DNA of 32,000 nt from the NCBI GenBank assembly GCA_026625185.1, contig CP113000.1, positions 1,815,622 through 1,847,621 of the forward strand, in the 5' to 3' direction. The notes beneath the pieces were generated by a model. The model had not been told where the DNA came from. It did not search any database and was given only the letters and a program-made list of their open reading frames with translations. The DNA comes from Thermodesulfobacteriota bacterium. Its GTDB lineage: Bacteria > Desulfobacterota > WTBG01 > JAGOGO01. Of this stretch, positions 16,428 to 25,450 are shown one piece after another; the first letter of the stretch is position 1, and each line of letters opens with the position of its first letter. The translations under genes and the position numbers were made by a program.

Positions 16428-17402
16428 ATGCCCGCAAACCTCACTCCGCAGTATTATGAGGCTGAAAAAAATTATCGGCAGGCAAAAAATCCTTCCGAGA
16501 AAATTCTCGCCCTGGAAACCATGCTCGCAATAATGCCCAAGCATAAGGGAACCGACAAACTTAGAGCTGATTTAAGGCGCAAAATATCCCAGCTGAAAGA
16601 AGATACACTAAAAAAGTCGGGAGGGAAACGCGGTCAACTTTTTGACGTGATACGAAGTGGAGCAGGGCAGGTGGTATTGATAGGGTTCCCTAATTCGGGG
16701 AAGTCTCAGCTGGTTGGCAGGTTAACCCAGGCAAAGCCCGACGTTGGTGAATATCCGTACACTACTCATTCCCCCGTCCCTGGAATGATGGAGTATCAGG
16801 ATATAAAGATCCAGCTGGTGGATATCCCTTCTATCCTGGATGAATCGGCTCGGGGCTGGCTCATAAATGTTGTTCGGAATGCCGATGCTTTGCTTATGGT
16901 CGTTGACCTTAGTGATGAGCCGGAAACCCAGACGGCACTGTTACTGGAAGAACTGGAAAAATATAAAATTAAACCCGATTGGACGGTTAATGCCGAAGAA
17001 GTTGTATTTTTGGGAAAGAAAATGATGATCGTTGGAAATAAGCTGGATGCAGCCGCAGCAGCAAAGAATTTTCTTCCGTTCCAAGAAAAATTTTCCGCTT
17101 TTCACCCTATTGCTGTCTCGGCAGCGCAGGGGAAAAACCTGGAGAGCTTGAGAAACGCAATTTTTACTTTTCTTAAAATTACAAGAGCATATACAAAAAC
17201 ACCGGGAAAAGAACCGGATTTAAAACATCCGGTTATTTTAAAAAAGGGCAGCACCGTTTTGGACTTTGCGGCTGAGATTCATAAAGATTTTGCTGAGAAG
17301 CTTCAGTATGCTCGTATTTGGGGTTCGGAAAAATATAAAGGCCAACGAGTTCAAAGAGATCATCTTTTGGAGGATGGAGATATTATAGAACTTCACATTT
17401 AA
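16428..17402 (+). CDS. OBG/DRG-family GTPase with C-terminal TGS domain
   Basis: G1 is 'GFPNSGKS', G4 is 'NKLD', and there is a 'YPYTT' switch region. The C-terminal 'VILKKGSTVLDFAAEIHKDFAEKLQYARIWG...GDIIELH' is TGS-like. Confidence 0.85.
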   Translation: MPANLTPQYYEAEKNYRQAKNPSEKILALETMLAIMPKHKGTDKLRADLRRKISQLKEDTLKKSGGKRGQLFDVIRSGAGQVVLIGFPNSGKSQLVGRLTQAKPDVGEYPYTTHSPVPGMMEYQDIKIQLVDIPSILDESARGWLINVVRNADALLMVVDLSDEPETQTALLLEELEKYKIKPDWTVNAEEVVFLGKKMMIVGNKLDAAAAAKNFLPFQEKFSAFHPIAVSAAQGKNLESLRNAIFTFLKITRAYTKTPGKEPDLKHPVILKKGSTVLDFAAEIHKDFAEKLQYARIWGSEKYKGQRVQRDHLLEDGDIIELHI

Positions 17403-17416
17403 TCAGGCGTTGATGA

Positions 17417-18613
17417 CTATGGTTGCGAGGCGCAGACATGTGCTTCCAATTCTTTGTTTTGAGGTGATGTATTTTTTTGTGCCATAAGGTTAATAAACTG
17501 GTCGGTAGCCGCTAAAATTGCTTGTCCCACCCGGTTCTGGAAATCGGTCTGTTTTAAGGTTTTTTCCTCAACCGGGTTACTAATAAAACCAAGCTCGATG
17601 AGTGCTGAAGGCATTTCTGCAGTTTTTAAGACCCGGAAACCCGCTTGCTTTGGTTTTTCAAATTTTACCGAGTGGACCTTTTCTATCTCTCTCAGAATCA
17701 AAACTCCATAACGGAGACTCGAATTGATGTTGTTGGTTAACGCCAAGTCGAGCAAAGTAAGATTGAGATCCTCATTTTCTGAAAAAGGGACGCCGACAAT
17801 TAAATCCGAGGAATTTTCTTTTTCCGCTAAACAACGGGTCGCTTCATCGCTTGCCCCCTTGAGAGATAGACAATATACTGAAGCTCCATGATTTTGCTTT
17901 ATATGGTTGCTGTCGGCATGGATACTGATAAAGAGGTCAGAATGGCAATCTTCGGCTATTTTTGTCCGTTCTTTTAAAGGGAGAAAATAATCTCCACTTC
18001 GGGTCAGCAAGGCGTGATACTCGGTTTTTTCATCAAACAGCTTTTTTAACGTCCGGGCAAAATTCAAAACAATATCTTTTTCAAAGGTTTTTCCGGGGCC
18101 AATCGCTCCCGGATCCTCTCCACCATGGCCCGGGTCAATCACAATTACTTTTTTATTTTTGGCTTCGGAGAGCATGGCGATCCGATCTTTTTCAGCACCA
18201 TTTTTCAGATCCGGTCGGAAGAGATTTATTGATAATCGTTGGGTTTTCTCCGGATAATTTTCAATAAAAAATATATTGGGCTCAACCGGCTGGACCACGT
18301 CAAAAACGACTCTTAGATTATTTTTCCCAAAATTTCCAAATCGGATTTGATTCACAATTCTATCATTTATCGTAATATTCCGATCAGGGAAAGCAAGAGT
18401 GGTGTTATCGAAATCAACGACAAAGCGGTTGGGATTAACTAATGAGAACGCTTTGTAGGAAGCTTTGCCGCGAACCTCCAGAAGAATTCTGGTGTGATCC
18501 GGCGCTGACCAGTATTGAATGCCCGTGATCTGATATTTTTCCTGACCGAGTCCGAAAAAGGTACCCCCAAAAAACAATAAGATCAAAACAGAATAAATAA
18601 AGATTCTTGTCAT
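17417..18613 (-). CDS. N-acetylmuramoyl-L-alanine amidase (AMIN domain + Amidase_3)
   Basis: There is a signal peptide, an AMIN-like 'TRILLEVRGKASYKAFSLVNPNRFVVDFDNT', and Amidase_3 motifs 'VIVIDPGHGGEDPGAIG' and 'DLFISIHADS'. Confidence 0.9.
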   Translation of the reverse strand: MTRIFIYSVLILLFFGGTFFGLGQEKYQITGIQYWSAPDHTRILLEVRGKASYKAFSLVNPNRFVVDFDNTTLAFPDRNITINDRIVNQIRFGNFGKNNLRVVFDVVQPVEPNIFFIENYPEKTQRLSINLFRPDLKNGAEKDRIAMLSEAKNKKVIVIDPGHGGEDPGAIGPGKTFEKDIVLNFARTLKKLFDEKTEYHALLTRSGDYFLPLKERTKIAEDCHSDLFISIHADSNHIKQNHGASVYCLSLKGASDEATRCLAEKENSSDLIVGVPFSENEDLNLTLLDLALTNNINSSLRYGVLILREIEKVHSVKFEKPKQAGFRVLKTAEMPSALIELGFISNPVEEKTLKQTDFQNRVGQAILAATDQFINLMAQKNTSPQNKELEAHVCASQP

Positions 18614-18903
18614 GGTTTAAAATATTTTTATAACAGTCTGATTTTATTGTTTAATAATATAGAAGAAAATTTATTTGTCAAATGAAATACTTTTTGTTTC
18701 CTAAGTGAATTTTGGTTGTCGTTTTCCATATGACTTTTTCGCATTTAAACTCTCTAACAGTTGGAAATCCGCGACATATTTTCATTGACATACATGAGAA
18801 TTTTAACTAAGTTAACCTATAAAATAAAATTTATTAATAAAAAAAGGTTTATTTTTTTTTTGGTCTGTTAACGAAAAACATACGTTTGGTTGATTAGTTC
18901 GCG

Positions 18904-19578
18904 ATGAAGAATATTCCACTCATTTCTTTTGACTTAGACGGCACCCTGGTTGAACCTACGTATGTCAATTTAGTATGGGAAAGAGGAATCCCGGAACTTT
19001 ATGCCCAAAAAAATCACATCACTCTTGAGCAAGCAACCGCAAGGGTAATGAGCGAATATGAGCGAGTAGGGGATGGCTCTCTTATTTGGTATGATATTAA
19101 GTACTGGTTTGATTTTTTTGATCTTCGGGGTGATTGGAAAGGCTTGCTGGAAGAACACCGCAAGGAAATCAGACTGTTCCCGGAAGTAAAAGACGTGCTG
19201 GAGGAATTGAAAGAAGACTTTGAGCTTATTGTTACCTCTAATGCAGCGCGAGAATTTGTGGAAATGGAAATAAAGGAAACGGGGATCAGTCCTTATTTCA
19301 GCCGGATATTTTCCGCTACTTCAGATTTTGGACAGGTTAAAAAGATCCCTCAATTCTATAAAAAAATTTGCGAGATAATGGGAGTTTCTCCTTCCCAGAT
19401 GATTCATGTGGGAGACCATTATGAGTTTGACTTTTTAGTTCCTAAAGAGTTGGGCATGAAGGCCTGTTATTTGGATCGAAATGGAACGAAGCCTAAAGAT
19501 GGTTTTACCATAAAAAACCTTAAGGGGTTTGTTCACCTGCTTAAAGAATTCAGAGAGAAGGATAATATGATTCTATAA
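18904..19578 (+). CDS. HAD-superfamily hydrolase
   Basis: Motif I is 'ISFDLDGTLVE', motif II is 'IVTSNA', and motif IV is 'HVGDHYEFD'. Confidence 0.8.
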   Translation: MKNIPLISFDLDGTLVEPTYVNLVWERGIPELYAQKNHITLEQATARVMSEYERVGDGSLIWYDIKYWFDFFDLRGDWKGLLEEHRKEIRLFPEVKDVLEELKEDFELIVTSNAAREFVEMEIKETGISPYFSRIFSATSDFGQVKKIPQFYKKICEIMGVSPSQMIHVGDHYEFDFLVPKELGMKACYLDRNGTKPKDGFTIKNLKGFVHLLKEFREKDNMIL

Positions 19579-19604
19579 GCCTAAAAAAGAAATGAGGTGA
19601 CGGA

Positions 19605-19922
19605 ATGGAAGAAAAGGATTTGGAAAATTTAACCGCAACCAAACTGAGGGAAGTTGCTAAACAGTACGAAGGAATTACCGGCGTTCACGCGATGAAAAAA
19701 GAGGAGCTTATTTACGCCATCCGTGAAGCTAGGGGTGAACCTCAGAAACCGATCAAGAAAGAGAAAGCCCAGACTATAGGCAGCCTTAAAAAACAAATTA
19801 AAAAATTGAAAGAGGAGAAAAAATCGGTCCTTAAAAAAGATAAAAAGACGATTACTTCTTTAAGGAGAAAAATTAAAAGATATCGTCGGCTAACAAGAAA
19901 ATTTGCCAAAGGGAAGGCCTAA
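19605..19922 (+). CDS. Small basic protein with a Rho_N/SAP-like N-terminal helix-extended-helix
   Basis: The RBS is GAGGTGA. 'LTATKLREVAKQYEGITGVHAMKKEELIYAIREA' resembles the Rho termination factor N-terminal domain. The rest is a Lys/Arg-rich tail. Confidence 0.55.
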   Translation: MEEKDLENLTATKLREVAKQYEGITGVHAMKKEELIYAIREARGEPQKPIKKEKAQTIGSLKKQIKKLKEEKKSVLKKDKKTITSLRRKIKRYRRLTRKFAKGKA

Positions 19923-19954
19923 ATGCTTTTTTAAGGAAATGCAAGGAAGATGTT

Positions 19955-20392
19955 ATGAAAGAAAGACTTCGTACTGAACTCCATCAGGCCATGAAAAATA
20001 AAGACTCCCTTCGGACGGGAACTATTCGGATGATGATGGCCGAACTAACCAACAAGGAGAAAGAGGGAAAACCGATTGAGGAGCCGGATGTGCATAAAGT
20101 TTTCTTTGGGATGCTTCGTAAACGGGAAGAAGCAATTGATGAGTTTACGAAAGCGCAACGCGATGATTTGGCTGAAAAAGAAAAAGCCGAGATGGAAATT
20201 ATAAAAGAGTTTCTCCCCAAACAGATGAGCGAAGAGGAGATCAGAAAAGAAACCCGGATGGTTATTGCTCAGGTGGGAGCAAAAGACATGAAATCAATGG
20301 GACAGGTGATGGGGATTCTCACCAAAAAATTAACCGGAAGGGCATCAGGAAGCGTTCTGAGTAAAATCGTAAAAGAAGAGCTTTCACAATAA
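19955..20392 (+). CDS. GatB/YqeY-domain protein
   Basis: 'LRTELHQAMKNKDSLRTGTIRMMMAEL', 'GKPIEEPDV..VFFGMLRKREEAIDEFTKAQRDDLAEKEKAEMEIIKEFLP' and '..GAKDMKSMGQVMG' match the YqeY family pattern. Confidence 0.85.
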   Translation: MKERLRTELHQAMKNKDSLRTGTIRMMMAELTNKEKEGKPIEEPDVHKVFFGMLRKREEAIDEFTKAQRDDLAEKEKAEMEIIKEFLPKQMSEEEIRKETRMVIAQVGAKDMKSMGQVMGILTKKLTGRASGSVLSKIVKEELSQ

Positions 20393-20440
20393 TCTGCCGC
20401 TCTTGGTTTGTGCAGTTATAGGGGTAGAAGGAGGATGATA

Positions 20441-20986
20441 ATGGCTCCAAACTTTCTTGACTTTGTTAATCTTATCTTTCTCATTGCCTGCTATTTTTTA
20501 AGCTCCCTTCGGGGAGGGAGTAAACAGATTTTTTCTTTAGCAGCCATTATTTTCTCATTTGTGATCGCCGGCCGAAACTATTGGGATGTCGGGAAAGTTT
20601 TTCCTGAAAAAGTTTTTCCGGAAAGTTTTGCGGGAACCGTAGGATTTGTGGTTGTTTTTCTTTTGGTTTTGGGGATTGTCTCTTTGATCGGCCGATTTCT
20701 GGATGTTATTTTTAAACAAATACATTTTGGGGGGATTGATCGGTTTGTAAGTATAGCCATAGGAATACTTAAAGGGCTTACTTTGTGTTGTATGACAGTT
20801 GTCATTTTGATGGTTAACTATCCTGCTGATGCTTCGATATTAACCGACTCAATTACCTGCCCTTATTTTCTTCCTGCTGCTCACAAATTCGCAACACTCC
20901 TTCCCCAAAAAGAACAAAAGGAGTTTTTCGGGGAGGAAGCTGACCTCCAGAAGTTCTGGGAAACGAATAAGGGAAAAAGAAAATAG
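20441..20986 (+). CDS. CvpA-family membrane protein
   Basis: The RBS GAAGGAGG lies 6 nt before ATG 20441. There are four hydrophobic helices with the 'LDFVNLIFLIA..SSLRGGSKQIFSL' start typical of CvpA (colicin V production protein family). Confidence 0.65.
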   Translation: MAPNFLDFVNLIFLIACYFLSSLRGGSKQIFSLAAIIFSFVIAGRNYWDVGKVFPEKVFPESFAGTVGFVVVFLLVLGIVSLIGRFLDVIFKQIHFGGIDRFVSIAIGILKGLTLCCMTVVILMVNYPADASILTDSITCPYFLPAAHKFATLLPQKEQKEFFGEEADLQKFWETNKGKRK

Positions 20987-21006
20987 TATGTTAATGAAGA
21001 GGAATT

Positions 21007-21384
21007 ATGGACCTAATTGATCAGATTAAATATGATGAGCAAGGATTAGCTCCCGCAATAATCCAGGACTATATAAATAACGAAGTGCTTATGGTGGCCT
21101 ACATGAATAAAGAGGCTTTTAAAAGAACATTGGAATCGGGGCGGACCTGGTTTTGGAGCAGGTCGAGAAAAAAATACTGGCAAAAAGGGGAACATTCGGG
21201 ACATATTCAAAACCTAAAGGAGATTTTGATTGATTGTGATAATGATGCCATCTTAATAAAAGTTGAGCAAAAAAAAGCGGCCTGCCATGCGGGATACCGA
21301 AGCTGTTTTTACCGAAAGTTGGAAGGTCAAGAATTTAAAGTATTTCAGAAAAAGATTTTTGACGAAAAAGAAGTTTATCCTTAA
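21007..21384 (+). CDS. hisI: Phosphoribosyl-AMP cyclohydrolase (monofunctional HisI)
   Basis: '[78 protein letters not shown]'. Confidence 0.9.
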   Translation: MDLIDQIKYDEQGLAPAIIQDYINNEVLMVAYMNKEAFKRTLESGRTWFWSRSRKKYWQKGEHSGHIQNLKEILIDCDNDAILIKVEQKKAACHAGYRSCFYRKLEGQEFKVFQKKIFDEKEVYP

Positions 21385-23666
21385 TTTATTAACTCCTCTA
21401 AGGTAAGCGTATCGGTAGTAGTCCTTTCGCAAAAATCCGGCTCCATTTTACCCCGGGACTTAGCATACGTGATCGGAATTGATAATTTTTCAGTATTGTC
21501 TATCGTGGACCAGAGCGTTTCAAGCTTTTCCTTTAGCTCGTCAATATGAGGACGACTTTGAGGACTTGTTTCTAACATTGATTCAACAATGCTTGCTATT
21601 TCGATGAGTTCAGGTGAGGCGCTTAAATCAGGATTGGCCTCGATAATCGGTATTCTGCTTCCCCGGTATACCAGCCTAATCTTTTCTTTGAGATTGGAAG
21701 CTTTTTCTAAAGAGAGGGGAACACTTCCGGTTAAAAGGGAGTAGATTATCGCTCCCAAGGAATAAAGATCTGACTGATAAGATTCTTTGCCTACCAGCTG
21801 TTCCGGGGCCATAAAATTTAGGGTCCCAACGGTTTTTCCTTCAAATAAGTCAGTAGAATATGCGGGATTAAAAGAGATTGCCACGCCAAAGTCTATAATT
21901 TTTACCAGTGTTAACTCCCCCCTTTGATTAGCAAGGAAAAGAACATTAGTGGGTTTCAAATCCCGATGAACGACCTGTTTGCTTTTTAGGTACATCAGAG
22001 CATCAATCATTTGGATAAAAATTCGGCAGATGCTCTCGAGCGTTATTCCTTCCCACGACTTCAATCTACCGGTTGAGCTCAAGCGCGCATTTTTCCCAAT
22101 AAGGGTTTCTAAATTATCAGTCGGATAGTAACCGAGAGCCAACATCGTGTCTTCTTGATCACTTTGTACCAGACCATAACACTCAACAATATTTTGGTGG
22201 GCAGAAGAACCCTGTTGAATAAGCTCACTATGAATCCGGCCTTCATGCTTTAAAAACCTTAACAGAAGAGGAAAATCTTTAGCTCCAGGATCAGAAGTCG
22301 GCTTTTTCAAGGCGACAATATTTCCCTGGTAAATTCCAATGCTTACTTTGCCCATGGCCCCTGATTGGATATCTCCCAAAACAGCTAATTTTTTATTCCG
22401 AAATTGTTGGGGATTCATTAAGGAGTTGATCAGAAGTTTTAGCAGGGCCAACATCTCCTCTTTGCCCTTGGAACTGTAGCCTACGATTTCTTCTTGAGCT
22501 TTTTCTTGGACGCGCGCAATATTGAAGTAAGTTGGGAAAATAAATGTCCGGGTGAATTCGCCGCCAAAAGGAATGGATCGAGTAGTCTGGTAGTCATAGT
22601 GGGCGCGGCTGAAAATAAAGTTAAGAAAGTGTTTCAGGACCACACCATGAGGGTTTTTCTCATAGGCATGATAGAGATTGACGATACGGCGATAGATACG
22701 GTATCCCTTTTCCACTTTTTCTATTTTAACGGCAAAGGATAGAGCCTTACTGCGGTTGGTGATTCTGCAAACATCCCGAAGAGGAATAATATTTCTTAAA
22801 TTAAGCAGGGAGAGGCGGAAGATATGGTAGGATATCTCTTTGATAGTGTTTAACCGCGAGGCCGTTTTTTCCAATTCGGAGAGAATATGGTCATTGAGGA
22901 TATCTTCAACATATTTTGTATCCTCAACAATTTGGCGGCCAACAGCAATTTTTTCTACGGTAAATCCAAATTCGAATAATACTTCCGCAATGCTTATGAT
23001 ATCCTTACTGATTGCTCGACGGAGGCGAAAATGATAGAAACGGAACAAATGAGGATTGCTGTTTAAACAGTGACTCAGGTGAAGAATCACATTTCGGAAG
23101 CCGCTTAACTGGACCGGATTGGGACAAAAATAAGTGCCTTCAAGGGTTGTTTCCTCGGATTGATCGAATTTTATCCGCCAGGGAATGATATCTATTGCCT
23201 CACGGTAACCAAATTTGACTTGATACTTTTTATTCATGGGGCCTAAATGCCGGTGACATTCCTTGAGCATTTCTCCTCGCTCTTTGACCCCCTTGGCATC
23301 AACCAAGTCTTGAAGGGCATAGAGAAAATAAGGTTTATCCTTTTCGATCGACTCCAGCTCCTTTACGGCAGCAATAATTTCATCTCGGAGCCTTGTTTGG
23401 CGGGCAAAGAGAGCGATTCTTTCCAGGGATTCGACATAGGTGCGGTGTTGGGATTCAATCTGTCGCCGAATGTCGTTCAGGAAGAGCGAAAGGGGATTTA
23501 CATATTTTCTGACCACCAGGTCCAAGGAGCTAAAGGGATTAATAATTTTTGTCCCCACCCCTTGCATGGCTTGAAAACGGACTTGATAACCAGAGACAAT
23601 TTCCAGGAGACGCTCTCTGATTTTTTGATCGCTTTTCAGGCGGAGAAAAGTTGTGTCTTGTTCCAT
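21381..23666 (-). CDS. Hanks-type Ser/Thr protein kinase with a C-terminal catalytic domain and an uncharacterised N-terminal region of about 420 aa
   Basis: Kinase motifs, in order: 'SGAMGKV' (partly degenerate Gly loop), 'VALKK', '[11 protein letters not shown]', 'IIDFGVA', '[10 protein letters not shown]' and '[10 protein letters not shown]'. I placed the start at ATG 23666. The track's TTG at 23744 is an alternative. Confidence 0.85.
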   Translation of the reverse strand: MEQDTTFLRLKSDQKIRERLLEIVSGYQVRFQAMQGVGTKIINPFSSLDLVVRKYVNPLSLFLNDIRRQIESQHRTYVESLERIALFARQTRLRDEIIAAVKELESIEKDKPYFLYALQDLVDAKGVKERGEMLKECHRHLGPMNKKYQVKFGYREAIDIIPWRIKFDQSEETTLEGTYFCPNPVQLSGFRNVILHLSHCLNSNPHLFRFYHFRLRRAISKDIISIAEVLFEFGFTVEKIAVGRQIVEDTKYVEDILNDHILSELEKTASRLNTIKEISYHIFRLSLLNLRNIIPLRDVCRITNRSKALSFAVKIEKVEKGYRIYRRIVNLYHAYEKNPHGVVLKHFLNFIFSRAHYDYQTTRSIPFGGEFTRTFIFPTYFNIARVQEKAQEEIVGYSSKGKEEMLALLKLLINSLMNPQQFRNKKLAVLGDIQSGAMGKVSIGIYQGNIVALKKPTSDPGAKDFPLLLRFLKHEGRIHSELIQQGSSAHQNIVECYGLVQSDQEDTMLALGYYPTDNLETLIGKNARLSSTGRLKSWEGITLESICRIFIQMIDALMYLKSKQVVHRDLKPTNVLFLANQRGELTLVKIIDFGVAISFNPAYSTDLFEGKTVGTLNFMAPEQLVGKESYQSDLYSLGAIIYSLLTGSVPLSLEKASNLKEKIRLVYRGSRIPIIEANPDLSASPELIEIASIVESMLETSPQSRPHIDELKEKLETLWSTIDNTEKLSIPITYAKSRGKMEPDFCERTTTDTLTLEELIN

Positions 23667-23789
23667 CGCCTCTCTTAAAATGAGCGTTTGGTCCAGGTTA
23701 CGTGGACTAAGCCTCAAGGAAATCCAGAGAAGAATAAAAACCAAAATTCCATTTTTTTCTCAAAAAAATTAGCATAACAAAAGTTTTTA

Positions 23790-23824
23790 AACAAGAGAAA
23801 CTTATTTTATAGGTTTCTCTTGTT
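23790..23824. promoter_or_regulatory. Perfect 12-bp inverted repeat upstream of the kinase gene
   Basis: AACAAGAGAAAC (23790-23801), an 11-nt AT loop, then GTTTCTCTTGTT (23813-23824). Confidence 0.4.
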
Positions 23825-23962
23825 GTTAAGCGGGCGGAGTAATATAAAAAAATTAAATGAATAAATTTTGTTTGACGAAAAGGCGCGTATGCTTCCTTTA
23901 GGGAACTAAAAACGGCCTGGAAGTAAGAATGGGTGAAGATTAAGGGTAACTCTAAAAATATT

Positions 23963-23982
23963 ATTTCTGCAAAAGCAGAAAT
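23963..23982. repeat. Hairpin ATTTCTGC-AAAA-GCAGAAAT
   Basis: An 8-bp perfect stem. The same 8-mer recurs at the 3' end of the SPOR gene (25160-25225). Confidence 0.4.
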
Positions 23983-24067
23983 CAAAAACTAATTGAAATT
24001 ATTTTACTCATGTTTTTGCGGGAGTGACAGATTAGCAATTATTTGAGGTACCCTTAAAGAAAATTTA

Positions 24068-24096
24068 TTGACTTATAGATTTCTGATGGTTATAAT
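24068..24096 (+). promoter_or_regulatory. Near-consensus sigma70 promoter for the SPOR gene
   Basis: TTGACT (24068-24073), a 17-nt spacer, then TATAAT (24091-24096), ending 46 nt before ATG 24143. Confidence 0.6.
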
Positions 24097-24142
24097 ATAT
24101 CTTTAAAAATTAACCGCTTATAATAAGGGAAAAAGGTGTTTT

Positions 24143-25198
24143 ATGTATTGTCCACGATGTAATCTTCACTCAGAAGAATATGTTGATAAATGTCCGCTAT
24201 GCGCCGGTTCTATGGAGGTCGACGAGTTAGGAAGCGGTCTTATGATGACGCCTGCTATGCCGGAAAAAGAAAGGACTGACGCTTTTCCAAAAGTAGAAAG
24301 TTTGGAACTTAATGAGGAGGATTTTGTTGAAGAGACTGAGGCGAATTCAATCTCCGGATTGGAATTGGAGCAGGAAAAAATAATGGAGGAAGCCCAAAAA
24401 GAACTGCCTGATGAAGAATTAGGGGATGAAAAAACCGTACCTCCCTTGCGAGAAGAGGAATATTTTTTTGACCAGAAAGAGCAATTGTATCAGCAGGAAA
24501 TTCCCCCTCAATCAGACGGCAAAAAATCATCTCCTCTTTTTGTCAGTATTGGTATTTTAGTTATTCTTGTTTTGATAGGGGGGGGATATTTTTATTTTTT
24601 TCAATCGGGAGAGCCTTCCTTACCAAAGAAGGTGAAAGTGGCTTTGAACAAAAAGGAGACGACTTCTCCTCAACCCGTGTTTTCACCCCAGGCGCCGGTT
24701 GCTGAAAAGCAAAAGGAACCCCCTGAAACTCTTTTTCCCCAACTTGAGGAAGTAAAACCGCCGCCTGTTTCCGAAAAAACCGAAGAGGTTGTACCGGAAG
24801 CTCTTATAACTAAGTCAGAGCCCAAAAAGGAAGGAGCGCCCCCGGTTTCTTCTGCACCGGCAAAGCCTCAAGAAAAACCCACAAACCCAAAGGCTTCAAA
24901 AGAAGCTTTATCCAAAACAAAAGAGACCACCCTGCCTGCTCCTACTCCTGCGGGTCAGTATTCCCTTATGGTGGGTGCGTTTAAAGTTGAAGGGAATGCC
25001 ATTGTTTTAAAAGACAAGCTTCAGAAAAAAGGATACCATGTAACTTCGTATTCGATTGACCTGCCCGGAAAAGGGAGTTGGTATCGAGTGATCGTTGGTA
25101 ATTACGCCGACGTGAAAGAAGCCCGAAAGGCAGCTTCCACCTTAAAAGGCGAAGAAAAAATTTCTGCCTTGATCATGAAAGACGGTAAATATCTATAA
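24143..25198 (+). CDS. Zinc-ribbon / single-TM / Pro-rich linker / SPOR-domain protein
   Basis: The N-terminal 'CPRCN...CPLC' is a zinc ribbon and 'PLFVSIGILVILVLIGGGYFYFF' is the TM helix. The linker is rich in Pro, Glu and Lys. The C-terminal 'YSLMVGAFKVEGNAIVLKDKLQKKGYHV..GSWYRVIVGNYADVKEARKAASTLK' is a SPOR domain. Confidence 0.85.
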   Translation: MYCPRCNLHSEEYVDKCPLCAGSMEVDELGSGLMMTPAMPEKERTDAFPKVESLELNEEDFVEETEANSISGLELEQEKIMEEAQKELPDEELGDEKTVPPLREEEYFFDQKEQLYQQEIPPQSDGKKSSPLFVSIGILVILVLIGGGYFYFFQSGEPSLPKKVKVALNKKETTSPQPVFSPQAPVAEKQKEPPETLFPQLEEVKPPPVSEKTEEVVPEALITKSEPKKEGAPPVSSAPAKPQEKPTNPKASKEALSKTKETTLPAPTPAGQYSLMVGAFKVEGNAIVLKDKLQKKGYHVTSYSIDLPGKGSWYRVIVGNYADVKEARKAASTLKGEEKISALIMKDGKYL

Positions 25199-25199
25199 A

Positions 25200-25244
25200 G
25201 GCAGAAATGAGCAAAATTTCTTGCCAGTGTTCGGCTGATTTTTT
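25200..25244 (+). terminator. Terminator-like hairpin plus T-run after the SPOR gene
   Basis: GGCAGAAAT (25200-25208) pairs with ATTTCTTGCC (25216-25225), giving 9 bp with one bulge. A T6 run at 25239-25244 lies 13 nt further on, so this is not a textbook terminator. Confidence 0.4.
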
Positions 25245-25317
25245 ATAGAGCCTTAATCCAGCGACAATTGCGCAAGAGGCGGTTACAATGCCGGTTTTGT
25301 TGTCACCGGGAGCCAGG

Positions 25318-25450
25318 TCCTGAACTTGATTCAGGAGCTACGATTTCAGGGTCTCATGAGATGCTGAAACAAGCCTGCCCTGATAATTATGAAACACTAC
25401 TGAAACAAGTTCAGCCCAAGGTACGGAAGAGCACGTTCAAGGTTCAGCAT
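25318..25450. other. Cluster of CTGAA/TTCAG hairpins and repeats in the spacer upstream of polA
   Basis: Hairpins TCCTGAA-CTTGA-TTCAGGA (25318-25336) and CTGAA-ACAAG-TTCAG (25400-25414). ATGCTGAA (25361-25368) is complementary to TTCAGCAT (25443-25450). CTGAAACAAG occurs at 25364 and 25400. The palindrome TCTCATGAGA lies at 25352-25361. Confidence 0.6.

Noticed and set aside
23707-23985. 92-aa minus-strand ORF upstream of the kinase gene.
   Set aside because: It is a translation of an AT-rich promoter region (rich in Phe, Leu, Ile and Lys), overlaps the alternative kinase start, and has no RBS.
24578-24585. G8 homopolymer inside the SPOR gene (encoding the GGG of the TM helix) as a slipped-strand phase-variation switch.
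   Set aside because: G7/C7 runs also occur inside essential genes here: polA at 26672-26678, alr at 13737-13743, and the spacer at 11860-11866. Such tracts therefore seem to be a genomic habit rather than a contingency locus. It would be worth a look only if read-level length heterogeneity is seen.
25364-25409. ...GAAAC-ending repeats (CTGAAACAAG twice, plus ATGAAACAC) reminiscent of CRISPR repeat 3' ends.
   Set aside because: There are only two 10-nt copies with a 26-nt gap. There are no 25-40-nt repeats, no array and no cas genes in the window.
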